NCBI GenBank assembly: GCA_963716255.1
Contig: OY970303.1
Span: 320,001 to 384,000 of the forward strand
Direction of reading: 5' to 3'
DNA from: an uncultured Gemmatimonadales bacterium
GTDB lineage: Bacteria; Gemmatimonadota; Gemmatimonadetes; Longimicrobiales; Longimicrobiaceae
DNA: 64,000 bases
A program made the position numbers and the translations under genes. Shown piece by piece: positions 32,753-64,000 of this stretch. The notes beneath the pieces were generated by a model. It made no database searches, had not been told where the DNA came from, and worked only from the letters and a program-made list of their open reading frames with translations. Each line of letters begins with the position of its first letter. Within the stretch, counting starts at the first letter, position 1.

Positions 32753-35700
32753 TCAGTCTCCCCCGAGCGACTGCTGCTCCAGCAGCGTCCGCTCGGCCTC
32801 GTCGTCCGACATGGATCCGATGAGCCGCAGGATCTCCGCGACGCGCTCCGTCTGCCCCGGGACCGGGTCGCGCGCGACGATCGCCGCGGCCAGCTCCGCA
32901 ACCGTGGGGTGCTCGAAGAGGACGCGCACCGGGACCTCGGCCTGGAGCGTGGAGCGCACCGCCACCACCAGCTGCGTGGCGAGGATGGAGTGGCCGCCCA
33001 GCTCGAAGAAGTTGTCGTGCACGCCCACGCGCTCCACGTGCAGCGTTTCCGCCCACACGGCGGCGAGCGCCTCCTCCACGGCGGTGCGCGGCTCCACGTA
33101 CTCCGCCTCCACCGCGGCGCGGCCGCCCTCCGGCGCGGGGAGCGCGGCGCGGTCGGTCTTGCCGTTGGCGGTGCGCGGCAGCGCGTCCAGCGGGACGAAG
33201 AGCGAGGGGACCATGTAGTCGGGGAGGCGGCCGCGCAGCCAGGCGCGCAGGTCCGGGGCGTCCGGCGGCACCTCGTCCTCCTCCACCACGTACGCCACCA
33301 GCCGGGCCTCCCCCGACTCGTCGGCGAGGGCGGCGGCGGCGGCCTCGCGCACGCCGGGGTGGGCCGCGAGCGCGGCCTCCACCTCGCCCAGCTCGATGCG
33401 GAAGCCGCGCACCTTGACCTGGTGGTCGTCGCGCCCCAGGAACTCCAGCACGCCGTCCTCGCGCCAGCGGGCCCGGTCCCCGGTGCGGTACATCCGCGCG
33501 CCGGCCCGCTCCGCGCCCCCGAACGGCTCCGGGAGGAAGCGGTCGGCGGTGAGGTCGGGCCTGCCCAAGTAGCCGCGCGCCACGCCCGCGCCGGCCAGGT
33601 ACAGCCCGCCCGGCACGCCGGCCGGCACCGGGTTCAGCCAGGCGTCCAGCACGTACGCCCGCGTGTTCGCCACCGGCGTGCCCACGGGCACCACGGCCTC
33701 GGACCCGTCCACCCGGTGGGCGGTGGACCAGACGGTGGTCTCGGTGGGCCCGTACAGGTTCCACACGACGGCGCCGCGCTCGCGCAGCAGGTCGGCGATG
33801 GCCCCCGGCAGCGCCTCGCCGCCGCTGAGGATGCGCAGCGAGCGGTCGCCCTCCCACCCGGCGAAGACCAGCATCTTCCAGGTGGCCGGCGTGGCCTGCA
33901 TCACGGTGGCCCCGGAGGCGGCGAGCAGGTCCGCGAGCGCCACGGGGTCCGCCGCCGTTTCCCGGTCCGCCAGCACCACCCGCGCGCCCACGGTCAGCGG
34001 CAGCAGCAGTTCCAGCAGCGCGATGTCGAACGCCAGCGTGGTCACCGCCAGCAGCGTGTCGTCCGGGGAGATCCCGGGGCGCTCGCGCATGGCGTGCAGC
34101 AGGTTGACCGCCGCGCCGTGCGTCACCATCACGCCCTTGGGGTGCCCGGTGGAGCCGGAGGTGTAGATGGCGTAGGCCAGGGAACAGGAAACCGGGAACA
34201 AACAGCCTGCAACGGCGTCCGTGTCCGCGACGTCGTCGACGCATACGGTCTCTCCCGCGAAAGGCGGGAGCGAGTCGCGCAGCGCCGCCTGCGTCACCAG
34301 GACGCGCGCGCCGGAATCGGCGAGGACGTAGGCGATGCGGTCCGCGGGGTAGGCGGGGTCCAGGGGGACGTAGGCGCCGCCGGCCTTGAGGACGGCGAGC
34401 AGGGCGGCGACCATCTCCGGGCCGCGCTCCAGGCACAGGGCGACGCGCGACTCGGGCCCCACGCCGCGCGCGGCCAGCTCCGCGGCGAGCGCGGAGGCGC
34501 GGCGGTCCAGCGCGGCGTAGGTCGTCGTCTCGCCGGCGAATTCCAGGGCGGCGCGCTCCGGGGTGCGGGCGGCCTGCGCCTCCACCAGGCCGTGCAGCGT
34601 GGAGGGCGGGACCTCGCGGGCGGTGTCGTTCCACCCCGCCAGGATGCGGCTGCGCTCGGCGGGGGCGAGGAGCGGCAGGCGGGAGAGGGGCGCGTCCGGG
34701 TCCGCGGCGACGCCCTCCAGCAGCGTCACCAGGTGCTCGCGCATCCGCTCGGCGGTGGAGGTGCGGAACAGGTCGGTTGCGTACTCCAGCAGGCACACCA
34801 GCTCGCCCTTTTCCTCGTGCGTCCACAGCATCAGGTCGAACTTGGCGGTGGTGCTGTCCACCCACTGCCAGGTCAGCTTCACCCCGGCCAGCTCCAGCTC
34901 CTCCTCCGGCGCGTTCTGGAGGGCGAAGAGCACCGAGAAGAGCGGGTTGCGGCTGAGGTCGCGCTCGGGGGCAAGCTCCTCCACCAGCTTCTCGAAGGGA
35001 AAGTCCTGGTGCGCGTAGGCGCCCAGCGTGGTCTCGCGGGCGCGGTGCAGCAGCGCGCGGAAGGGCGGGTCGCCCGAAAGGTCGCCGCGGAGCACCAGCG
35101 TGTTGACGAAGAAGCCGATCAGCGGCTCGATCTCACGGCGCGTGCGGTTGGCGATGGGGGTGCCCACCACCAGGTCCTCCTGCCCGGTGTAGCGCAGCAG
35201 CAGCGTCTGCCAGGCCGCCAGCAGGAGCATGAAGAGCGTGGCGCCCTCCTCCCGGGCGATGGCCTTGAGGCGCGCGTTGGTCCCGGCGGAAACGCGGAAC
35301 CACAGGCCGGCGCCGCGGTGGCTCTGCACCGGGGGGCGCGGGAAGTCGGTGGGAAGCTCCACGGTGGGGAGGCCGCGCAGCTGCTCGCGCCAGTAGCCGA
35401 GCTGCTTTTCCAGCACCTCGCCACCCAGCCGCCCGCGCTGCCACACGGCGAAGTCGCCGTACTGCAGGGGGAGGTCGGGGAGAGGCGAGGGGCGATCCTC
35501 CACGAACGCCTCGTAGAGCTGCGTCAGCTCGCGGATGAACACGCCCATGCTCCACCCGTCGCTGATGACGTGGTGCAGCGTGGCCGCCAGCACGTGCTCC
35601 TCGTCGCCCAGGCGCAGCAGCCGGGCGCGGACCAGGGGGTCCTGCTCCAGGTCGAAGGGCGCCTCCAGCTCCGCGCGGATGCGCTCCAGCAGCTCCGGCT

Positions 35701-36091
35701 GCGGGATGCCGGCGCACTCGTCCAGCGGGATCTCCACCGCGAAGGGCGGCCGCACCACCTGCCGCGGCTCGCCGCCCACCACCACGAAGCCGGTGCGCAG
35801 CGCCTCGTGCCGCCGGACGATCTCGGTGAGCGCGCGGGCGAGGGCGCCGCGGTTTAGCCGCCCCCGGAGCCGCACGGGGACGCCGATGTGGTAGAAGGGG
35901 CGCCCCGGCTCCAGCTGCTCCAGGAACCAGAGCCGCTGCTGCGGGAACGACAGCGGCAGCGGCCCCGTCTCCGCGCGGGGCGGGATGGGGTCTCGGGGGG
36001 CGCTGGCGGTGGCGCCGCGCAGCCGCTTTTCCAGCAGCGCCTTCTTCGCCGACGACAGCGCCGGGCGGGCGGGTCCGTCCTGGTTTTCCAT
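32753..36091 (-). CDS. NRPS gene D, single module C(LCL)-A(Gly)-T
   Basis: True start is ATG 36091 (MENQDGPARPALSSAKKALLEKRL) inside track ORF 32753..41311. Motifs HHVISDGWS and GGHSIL; code DILQLGLVWK (Gly-type); acidic C-terminal helix. Confidence 0.95.
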   Translation of the reverse strand: MENQDGPARPALSSAKKALLEKRLRGATASAPRDPIPPRAETGPLPLSFPQQRLWFLEQLEPGRPFYHIGVPVRLRGRLNRGALARALTEIVRRHEALRTGFVVVGGEPRQVVRPPFAVEIPLDECAGIPQPELLERIRAELEAPFDLEQDPLVRARLLRLGDEEHVLAATLHHVISDGWSMGVFIRELTQLYEAFVEDRPSPLPDLPLQYGDFAVWQRGRLGGEVLEKQLGYWREQLRGLPTVELPTDFPRPPVQSHRGAGLWFRVSAGTNARLKAIAREEGATLFMLLLAAWQTLLLRYTGQEDLVVGTPIANRTRREIEPLIGFFVNTLVLRGDLSGDPPFRALLHRARETTLGAYAHQDFPFEKLVEELAPERDLSRNPLFSVLFALQNAPEEELELAGVKLTWQWVDSTTAKFDLMLWTHEEKGELVCLLEYATDLFRTSTAERMREHLVTLLEGVAADPDAPLSRLPLLAPAERSRILAGWNDTAREVPPSTLHGLVEAQAARTPERAALEFAGETTTYAALDRRASALAAELAARGVGPESRVALCLERGPEMVAALLAVLKAGGAYVPLDPAYPADRIAYVLADSGARVLVTQAALRDSLPPFAGETVCVDDVADTDAVAGCLFPVSCSLAYAIYTSGSTGHPKGVMVTHGAAVNLLHAMRERPGISPDDTLLAVTTLAFDIALLELLLPLTVGARVVLADRETAADPVALADLLAASGATVMQATPATWKMLVFAGWEGDRSLRILSGGEALPGAIADLLRERGAVVWNLYGPTETTVWSTAHRVDGSEAVVPVGTPVANTRAYVLDAWLNPVPAGVPGGLYLAGAGVARGYLGRPDLTADRFLPEPFGGAERAGARMYRTGDRARWREDGVLEFLGRDDHQVKVRGFRIELGEVEAALAAHPGVREAAAAALADESGEARLVAYVVEEDEVPPDAPDLRAWLRGRLPDYMVPSLFVPLDALPRTANGKTDRAALPAPEGGRAAVEAEYVEPRTAVEEALAAVWAETLHVERVGVHDNFFELGGHSILATQLVVAVRSTLQAEVPVRVLFEHPTVAELAAAIVARDPVPGQTERVAEILRLIGSMSDDEAERTLLEQQSLGGD
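34179..34215 (-). repeat. Degenerate GGGAACA heptamer tract at the same A-domain site in gene D
   Basis: AGGGAACAGGAAACCGGGAACAAACAGCCTGCAAC encodes AVAGCLFPVSCSLAY and matches 63443-63485. Confidence 0.7.
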
Positions 36092-36111
36092 GTTCCGTTC
36101 GCTTCGCGTGT

Positions 36112-46008
<9,897 letters not shown>

Positions 46009-46054
46009 GGCTGCGCGGGTCGGCGGACCGGGACGGGGCTCGGGGCGGAGCGCG

Positions 46055-49000
46055 TCAGGCGCCCGCCTTCGCCAGCCTGCCCATCAGCCGGTCGAGCTTC
46101 TTCTGGTCCAGCTTTACGGACGGGAAGTCGGACGGGGTGTAGCCGCCCGCATCGCCCGAGCGGCAGTGCGCCACCAGGGCGCGCAACTCGTCCAGGAAGC
46201 GGTCGGCGAGCGCGCGGACCGTCGCCTCGTCGTGGATGCCGGCGCCGTACGTCCACCCCACGCGCAGCTCGCCCCCGGCCACCGCGGCGTTCACCTCCAG
46301 CAGGTGCGTGCGCGGGTTGGCGGCGGCGCGCGCGGGCCCGGCGCTTTCCGGGGTGATGCGGAAGAGCGCGTCGCCGGAGCGACCCGCGTCGAACTGGCCC
46401 AGGTAGTTGAAGGCGAGCCGGGGGCGCGGCGCCTCCGCCAGCGCCCGTGCCTCCGGCGCCCCGGGAGCCAGCCAGCGCAGCAGCCCCCAGCCGATCCCCT
46501 GCCGCGGGACGCGCCGCAGCTGCTCCTTGACCGCCTTCAGCGCCTCGCCGGGTCCCGCGCCGGGCGCAACCTCCAGCCGGACCGGGTGGATGGAGGTGAA
46601 CCAGCCCACCGTGCGCGACAGGTCCACCCCGTCGAAAAGCTCCTCGCGGCCGTGGGCCTCCAGGTCCAGGAGCAGCGGGCCGCCACCCGTCCACTCCCCC
46701 ATGGCCCGCGCCAGCGCGGTGAGCAGCGTCTCGTCCGCCCGCGTGTGGTAGGCGCGCGGCACCTCCGTCAGCAGCGCCCTCGTCTCCTCCGCCCCGAGCG
46801 TGACCGTCAGCGTCCGCGCCGAGCCCTCGGGGTTGGCGCCGTCGGCGTGGTCCACGGGGAGCGCCGCGGCGCCGGGGGCGACCACGTCCGCCCAGAACGC
46901 CGTCTCCGCGATCGGAGCCCCGCCGCGGGCGAAATCCGCCAGCCGCTCCGCCCAGCTCCGGTACGACGCCGTCTTGGGCGGGAGCGAAAGCGGCTCGCCG
47001 CGCGCCAGCTTGCGGTACGCCGTCTCCAGGTCCTCCAGCAGCGGGCGCCACGACACCCCGTCCACCACCAGGTGGTGCACGGCGAGGAGAAGCCGCGCGG
47101 GGCGCTCCGCCCCGCGGTCGAAGAGCACCGCGCGCGCCAGCGGCCCGTGCTCCAGGTCCAGCCCCGCCTGCGCCGCCTCGCCGTGCGCGTTCATCGCGCC
47201 GGCCAGCTCGGCGTCCGCGGCGTCCGCCACGTCCACGCGCTCCAGCGGGAAGGTGCCCTCCGCGGCGTACGCCTGCGTCCACCCCTCCGGCGCGCGGCGG
47301 AAGCGCAGCCGCAGCGAGTCGTGCTGCGCCAGCACCGCGGCGAGCGCGCGCTCCAGCGCCGCCGCGTCCAGCGGGCCCGCGGCTTCCAGCACCAGCGACT
47401 GGTTCCAGTGCCGCGGCTCCGGCAGCTCGTGCGCAAAGAACCAGCGCTGCGCCGGGGTCAGCGGCACCTCGCCCGTGGTGGAGGCGTCCTCCGCGCGGGG
47501 GGCGGTCGCGGCCTCGGCGGCAGACGCCAGCTCCGCGACCGTCTGGTTCCGGAAGACGAGCTGCGGCGAGATCTTCATCCCCGCCGCGGCCGCGCGGGCC
47601 ACCACCTGGATGCTGAGGATGCTGTCGCCGCCCAGCTCGAAGAAGTTGTCGTGCACGCCCACGCGCTCCACCCGCAGCGTCGCCTCCCAGATCTCCGCCA
47701 GAGCGCGCTCCGTCTCCGTGCGCGGCGCCTCGTAGCCGTGCTCCAGCTCCGGCCGGTCCTGCTGCGGCGCGGGGAGCGCCCTGCGGTCCAGCTTGCCGTT
47801 GGGGGTGACGGGAAACCCTTCCAGCGCCACGAAGGCGGAGGGCACCATGTACTCCGGCAGCCGCTCGCGCAGGTACGCGCGCAGGTCGGCGGTGGAGGGG
47901 GCTTCCTCGCCCGCGCGCGGGACCACGTAGGCCACCAGGCGCTTGACGCGCGGCTCGTCCTCGCGCGCGGCGACCACCACGTCGCGCAGCGCCGGGTGCC
48001 CGGCGAGCGCGGTCTCGATCTCGCCCAGCTCGATGCGGAAGCCGCGCACCTTGACCTGCGCGTCCAGCCGGCCCAGGAACTCCATCGTCCCGTCCCACCA
48101 GAAGCGGGCGCGGTCGCCGGTGCGGTAGATGCGCGCGCCGGGCGCGCCGCCGAACGGGTCGGGGACGAACTTGACGGCGGTCAGCTCCGGCGCCGCCGCG
48201 TACCCCTCCGCCAGCACCTCGCCGCCGATGTACAGGTCGCCCGCGACGCCGGTGGGGGCGGGCGCCATGCGCTCGTCCAGCACGTAGTAGCGCGCGTTGC
48301 GCATGGGGCGGCCGTAGGGGATGCTGGTCCAGTCCGGGTCCACCGCGCGGATGCGGTGGAAGTTGGACCACACCGTCGCCTCCGTCGCGCCGCCCAGGCT
48401 CACCACCTCGGCGCCGGCGAAGCGGCGGCGCACCTGGTCGGGGAGGGCGACGGGGATCCAGTCGCCGCTCAGGAACACCAGGCGCAGCGCGGCCGGCTCC
48501 GCCGCGCCGAAGAACGACACCAGCTGCTGCAGCGCCGCCGGGGCCGAGTCCCAGAAGGTGACCGGCTCCTCCGCCAGCACCCGCACCAGCCGCTCCGGGT
48601 CGCGCGCCTCGTCCGCCGTGGCGACGCGCACCGAGCCGCCCGCCGCCAGCAGCCCGAAGACGTCGTAGACCGACAGGTCGAAGGAAAGCGAGGTGACGAA
48701 GAGCACGCGGTCCGCGGGGCCCACGCCGAAGGTGCCGTTGACCCAGTCGATCAGGTTGACGGCGGGGGCGTGGCGCACCATCACCCCCTTGGGCGCGCCG
48801 GTGGAGCCCGAGGTGAAGATGACGTACGCCAGGTCGTCCGCGCCCACGCCGGAATCGGTCGGCGCGTCCGGGAGCGCGTCCGTCTCCTCCCGCGTCCACA
48901 CCCGGACCGGCGCGTCCTGCGGGAGCGCGGGCGCGCCGCCGCGGTCCACGCACACCAGATCCCGCAGCGAGGGCACTTCCCGCGCGAGGGCGGCGAGCAC

Positions 49001-50800
49001 GCCCGCGTGCGCCGTCTGCGTCACGACGCAGGCGGCCCGCAGCGAGCCCAGCACCGCGGCCATGCGCGCGGGCGGGTGGCCGATCTCCACGGGGACGTAG
49101 ACGCCGCCCGCCTTGAGGATCCCCAGCAGCGCGGGGACCACCTCCTCCGAGCGCTCCAGGTGCACGCCCACGTACACCCCCGGCCCCACGCCCAGCCCGC
49201 GCAGCCGGCGCGCCAGGCGGTTGGCCTCGCGCTCCACCTCGCCGTAGGTGAGCGCGCGCTCCCCGCAGACCACGGCCACGGCGTCCGGGTGGGCCGCGGC
49301 GCGCGCCTCGAACATCTGGTGGATGCAGACGCCGCGCGGGTAGTCGCCGTCCGTGGCGTTCCACTCGTGCACGACGCGGCGCGTCTCCATCTCCGAGAGC
49401 AGCGGCAGCTCCAGGAGGCGCGTGTCCGGGTCGGCGAGGGCGGCCTCCAGCAGCGAGCGGAAGTGGCCCAGCATCCGCTCCACGGCGGCGTGGTCGAACA
49501 GGTCCAGGCTGTACTCGAGCACGCCGGTGAGGCCGTCGTCGCCGTCGGTCATCCCCAGGAGGATGCTGAGGCGCGAGCGGCCGGTGTCGGTTGGGACGGG
49601 GACGACCGCCACCTCGCCGAGGCGCATCTCCGCGGCGGAGGTGCCGGGGTGGACCACGAACATCACCTGGAAGAGCGGGTTCTGCCCGGGGTCGCGCTCG
49701 GGGTGCAGCTCGTCCACCAGCTTCTCGAAGGGGACCTCGCCGTGCGCGAAGGCGCCCAGCGCGGCGTCCCGCACCCGGCGCAGCATCTCGCGGAAGGTGG
49801 GGTTCCCCTCCGCCGAGGCGCGCACCACGACCGTGTTGGTGAAGCAGCCGACCAGCCCCTCGGTCTCGGGGCGGGAGCGGACCTGGATGGGCGTGCCCAC
49901 CAGCAGGTCGTCCTCGCCGGTGTAGCGGTGCAACAGCGCGTCCCAGGCGGCGAGCAGCGCCATGAACACCGTCGCGCCCTCGGCGCGGGCCAGGGCGCGC
50001 ACCCCCTCCGACAGTTCCGCCGGCCAGGCGAAGCGGAAGCCCTCGCCGCGGTCGGTGCGCAGACGCGGCACCGGGCGGGCCACGGGGAGCTGGAGCGCGG
50101 GCGGGGCCCCGGCCAGCCGCTCGCGCCACCAGGCGAGCTGCGCGTCCAGAAGCTCGCCCTGCAGCCGGCCGCGCTGCCACACGGCGAAGTCGGCGTACTG
50201 GATGGGCGGCTCGGGGAGCGGCGACGCCCAGCCGCGCGCGAAGGCGGCGTACAGCGCGGACAGCTCGCGGAAGAAGATCCCCACCGAGCCGTCGAAGGCG
50301 ATGTGGTGGGTGACGACGACCAGGACGTGCTCCTCCGCGCCCAGCCGGAGGAGGCGCCCTCGCAGCATGGGCCCGCGCGCCAGGTCGAAGGGCGTGCCGG
50401 TCTCGGCATCGGTCAGGCGGCGCGTTTCCGCCTCGCGCGCGGCCTCCGGGAGCGCGGACAGGTCGTCCACGGGAAGGGGGACGGGGACGGCGGGCTCCAC
50501 CCTCTGCACCGGGCGCCCCTCCAGCCCCAGGAACACCGTGCGCAGCGCCTCGTGGCGCCGGACGATCTCGGTGAGGGCGCGCGCCAGCGCGTCCGCGTCC
50601 AGCCGGCCGGCCAGCCGCAGCGCCATGGGCGAGTTGTACGCGGCGCTCCCCGGCGACCACTGGTCCAGGAACCAGAGCCGCTGCTGCGCGAAGGAGAGCG
50701 GAAAGGTGTCGCGCCCCCCGCCCTGCTTCTGGAGGGCGAGCGCGAGGATGCGCCGCTTCTCGGGGGAAAGGGCTGCCAGCCGGCTGGAGATGTCGCTCAT
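46055..50800 (-). CDS. NRPS gene B, single module C-A(Cys)-T-E
   Basis: True start is ATG 50800 (MSDISSRLAALSPEKRRIL) in track ORF 46055..51976. Cys-type A motifs FDLSVYD, FLSGDWIP and SLGGATEATVWS; GGDSIL; E-domain HHLVVDGVSW; ends in TPSDF...LDQKKLDRL. Confidence 0.95.
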   Translation of the reverse strand: MSDISSRLAALSPEKRRILALALQKQGGGRDTFPLSFAQQRLWFLDQWSPGSAAYNSPMALRLAGRLDADALARALTEIVRRHEALRTVFLGLEGRPVQRVEPAVPVPLPVDDLSALPEAAREAETRRLTDAETGTPFDLARGPMLRGRLLRLGAEEHVLVVVTHHIAFDGSVGIFFRELSALYAAFARGWASPLPEPPIQYADFAVWQRGRLQGELLDAQLAWWRERLAGAPPALQLPVARPVPRLRTDRGEGFRFAWPAELSEGVRALARAEGATVFMALLAAWDALLHRYTGEDDLLVGTPIQVRSRPETEGLVGCFTNTVVVRASAEGNPTFREMLRRVRDAALGAFAHGEVPFEKLVDELHPERDPGQNPLFQVMFVVHPGTSAAEMRLGEVAVVPVPTDTGRSRLSILLGMTDGDDGLTGVLEYSLDLFDHAAVERMLGHFRSLLEAALADPDTRLLELPLLSEMETRRVVHEWNATDGDYPRGVCIHQMFEARAAAHPDAVAVVCGERALTYGEVEREANRLARRLRGLGVGPGVYVGVHLERSEEVVPALLGILKAGGVYVPVEIGHPPARMAAVLGSLRAACVVTQTAHAGVLAALAREVPSLRDLVCVDRGGAPALPQDAPVRVWTREETDALPDAPTDSGVGADDLAYVIFTSGSTGAPKGVMVRHAPAVNLIDWVNGTFGVGPADRVLFVTSLSFDLSVYDVFGLLAAGGSVRVATADEARDPERLVRVLAEEPVTFWDSAPAALQQLVSFFGAAEPAALRLVFLSGDWIPVALPDQVRRRFAGAEVVSLGGATEATVWSNFHRIRAVDPDWTSIPYGRPMRNARYYVLDERMAPAPTGVAGDLYIGGEVLAEGYAAAPELTAVKFVPDPFGGAPGARIYRTGDRARFWWDGTMEFLGRLDAQVKVRGFRIELGEIETALAGHPALRDVVVAAREDEPRVKRLVAYVVPRAGEEAPSTADLRAYLRERLPEYMVPSAFVALEGFPVTPNGKLDRRALPAPQQDRPELEHGYEAPRTETERALAEIWEATLRVERVGVHDNFFELGGDSILSIQVVARAAAAGMKISPQLVFRNQTVAELASAAEAATAPRAEDASTTGEVPLTPAQRWFFAHELPEPRHWNQSLVLEAAGPLDAAALERALAAVLAQHDSLRLRFRRAPEGWTQAYAAEGTFPLERVDVADAADAELAGAMNAHGEAAQAGLDLEHGPLARAVLFDRGAERPARLLLAVHHLVVDGVSWRPLLEDLETAYRKLARGEPLSLPPKTASYRSWAERLADFARGGAPIAETAFWADVVAPGAAALPVDHADGANPEGSARTLTVTLGAEETRALLTEVPRAYHTRADETLLTALARAMGEWTGGGPLLLDLEAHGREELFDGVDLSRTVGWFTSIHPVRLEVAPGAGPGEALKAVKEQLRRVPRQGIGWGLLRWLAPGAPEARALAEAPRPRLAFNYLGQFDAGRSGDALFRITPESAGPARAAANPRTHLLEVNAAVAGGELRVGWTYGAGIHDEATVRALADRFLDELRALVAHCRSGDAGGYTPSDFPSVKLDQKKLDRLMGRLAKAGA

Positions 50801-50835
50801 CGGGCTTCCGTTGCTCGCGCGCTCCCGGGCCGCGG

Positions 50836-64000
<13,165 letters not shown>

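Overview
The whole window is very GC-rich DNA from the interior of one giant non-ribosomal peptide synthetase (NRPS) cluster. Nine co-oriented NRPS genes lie on the minus strand. In transcription order I label them A (>64000-50836), B, C, D, E, F, G, H and I (3092-<1). They carry 18 adenylation (A) domains and 3 epimerization (E) domains. No thioesterase, PKS, MbtH, tailoring, transport or RNA gene is visible. Notable chemistry: a ureido-type condensation (C) domain (EHHFVHDG) in an A-T-C-A(Ser)-T-E starter protein; two Thr modules followed by dehydrating (modAA-like) C domains; D-Cys, D-Asn and D-Ser modules; an A-less C-T-C* tail; and terminal motifs implying non-colinear assembly. The most unusual signal is at DNA level. 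A family of palindromic, REP-like cassettes (CCCTCCCCC-n6-GGGGGAGGG hairpins, G-runs, GGGAACA heptamers) is inserted in frame, in one orientation, at the same loop just before the A3 motif in 12-13 of the 18 A domains regardless of substrate class, and I saw no full cassette elsewhere. Several recent 2-3 kb module or gene duplications and a decayed gene start record ongoing module shuffling. Substrate calls come from specificity codes read by eye and are predictions. A Gemmatimonadota/Longimicrobium-like host is only an impression.
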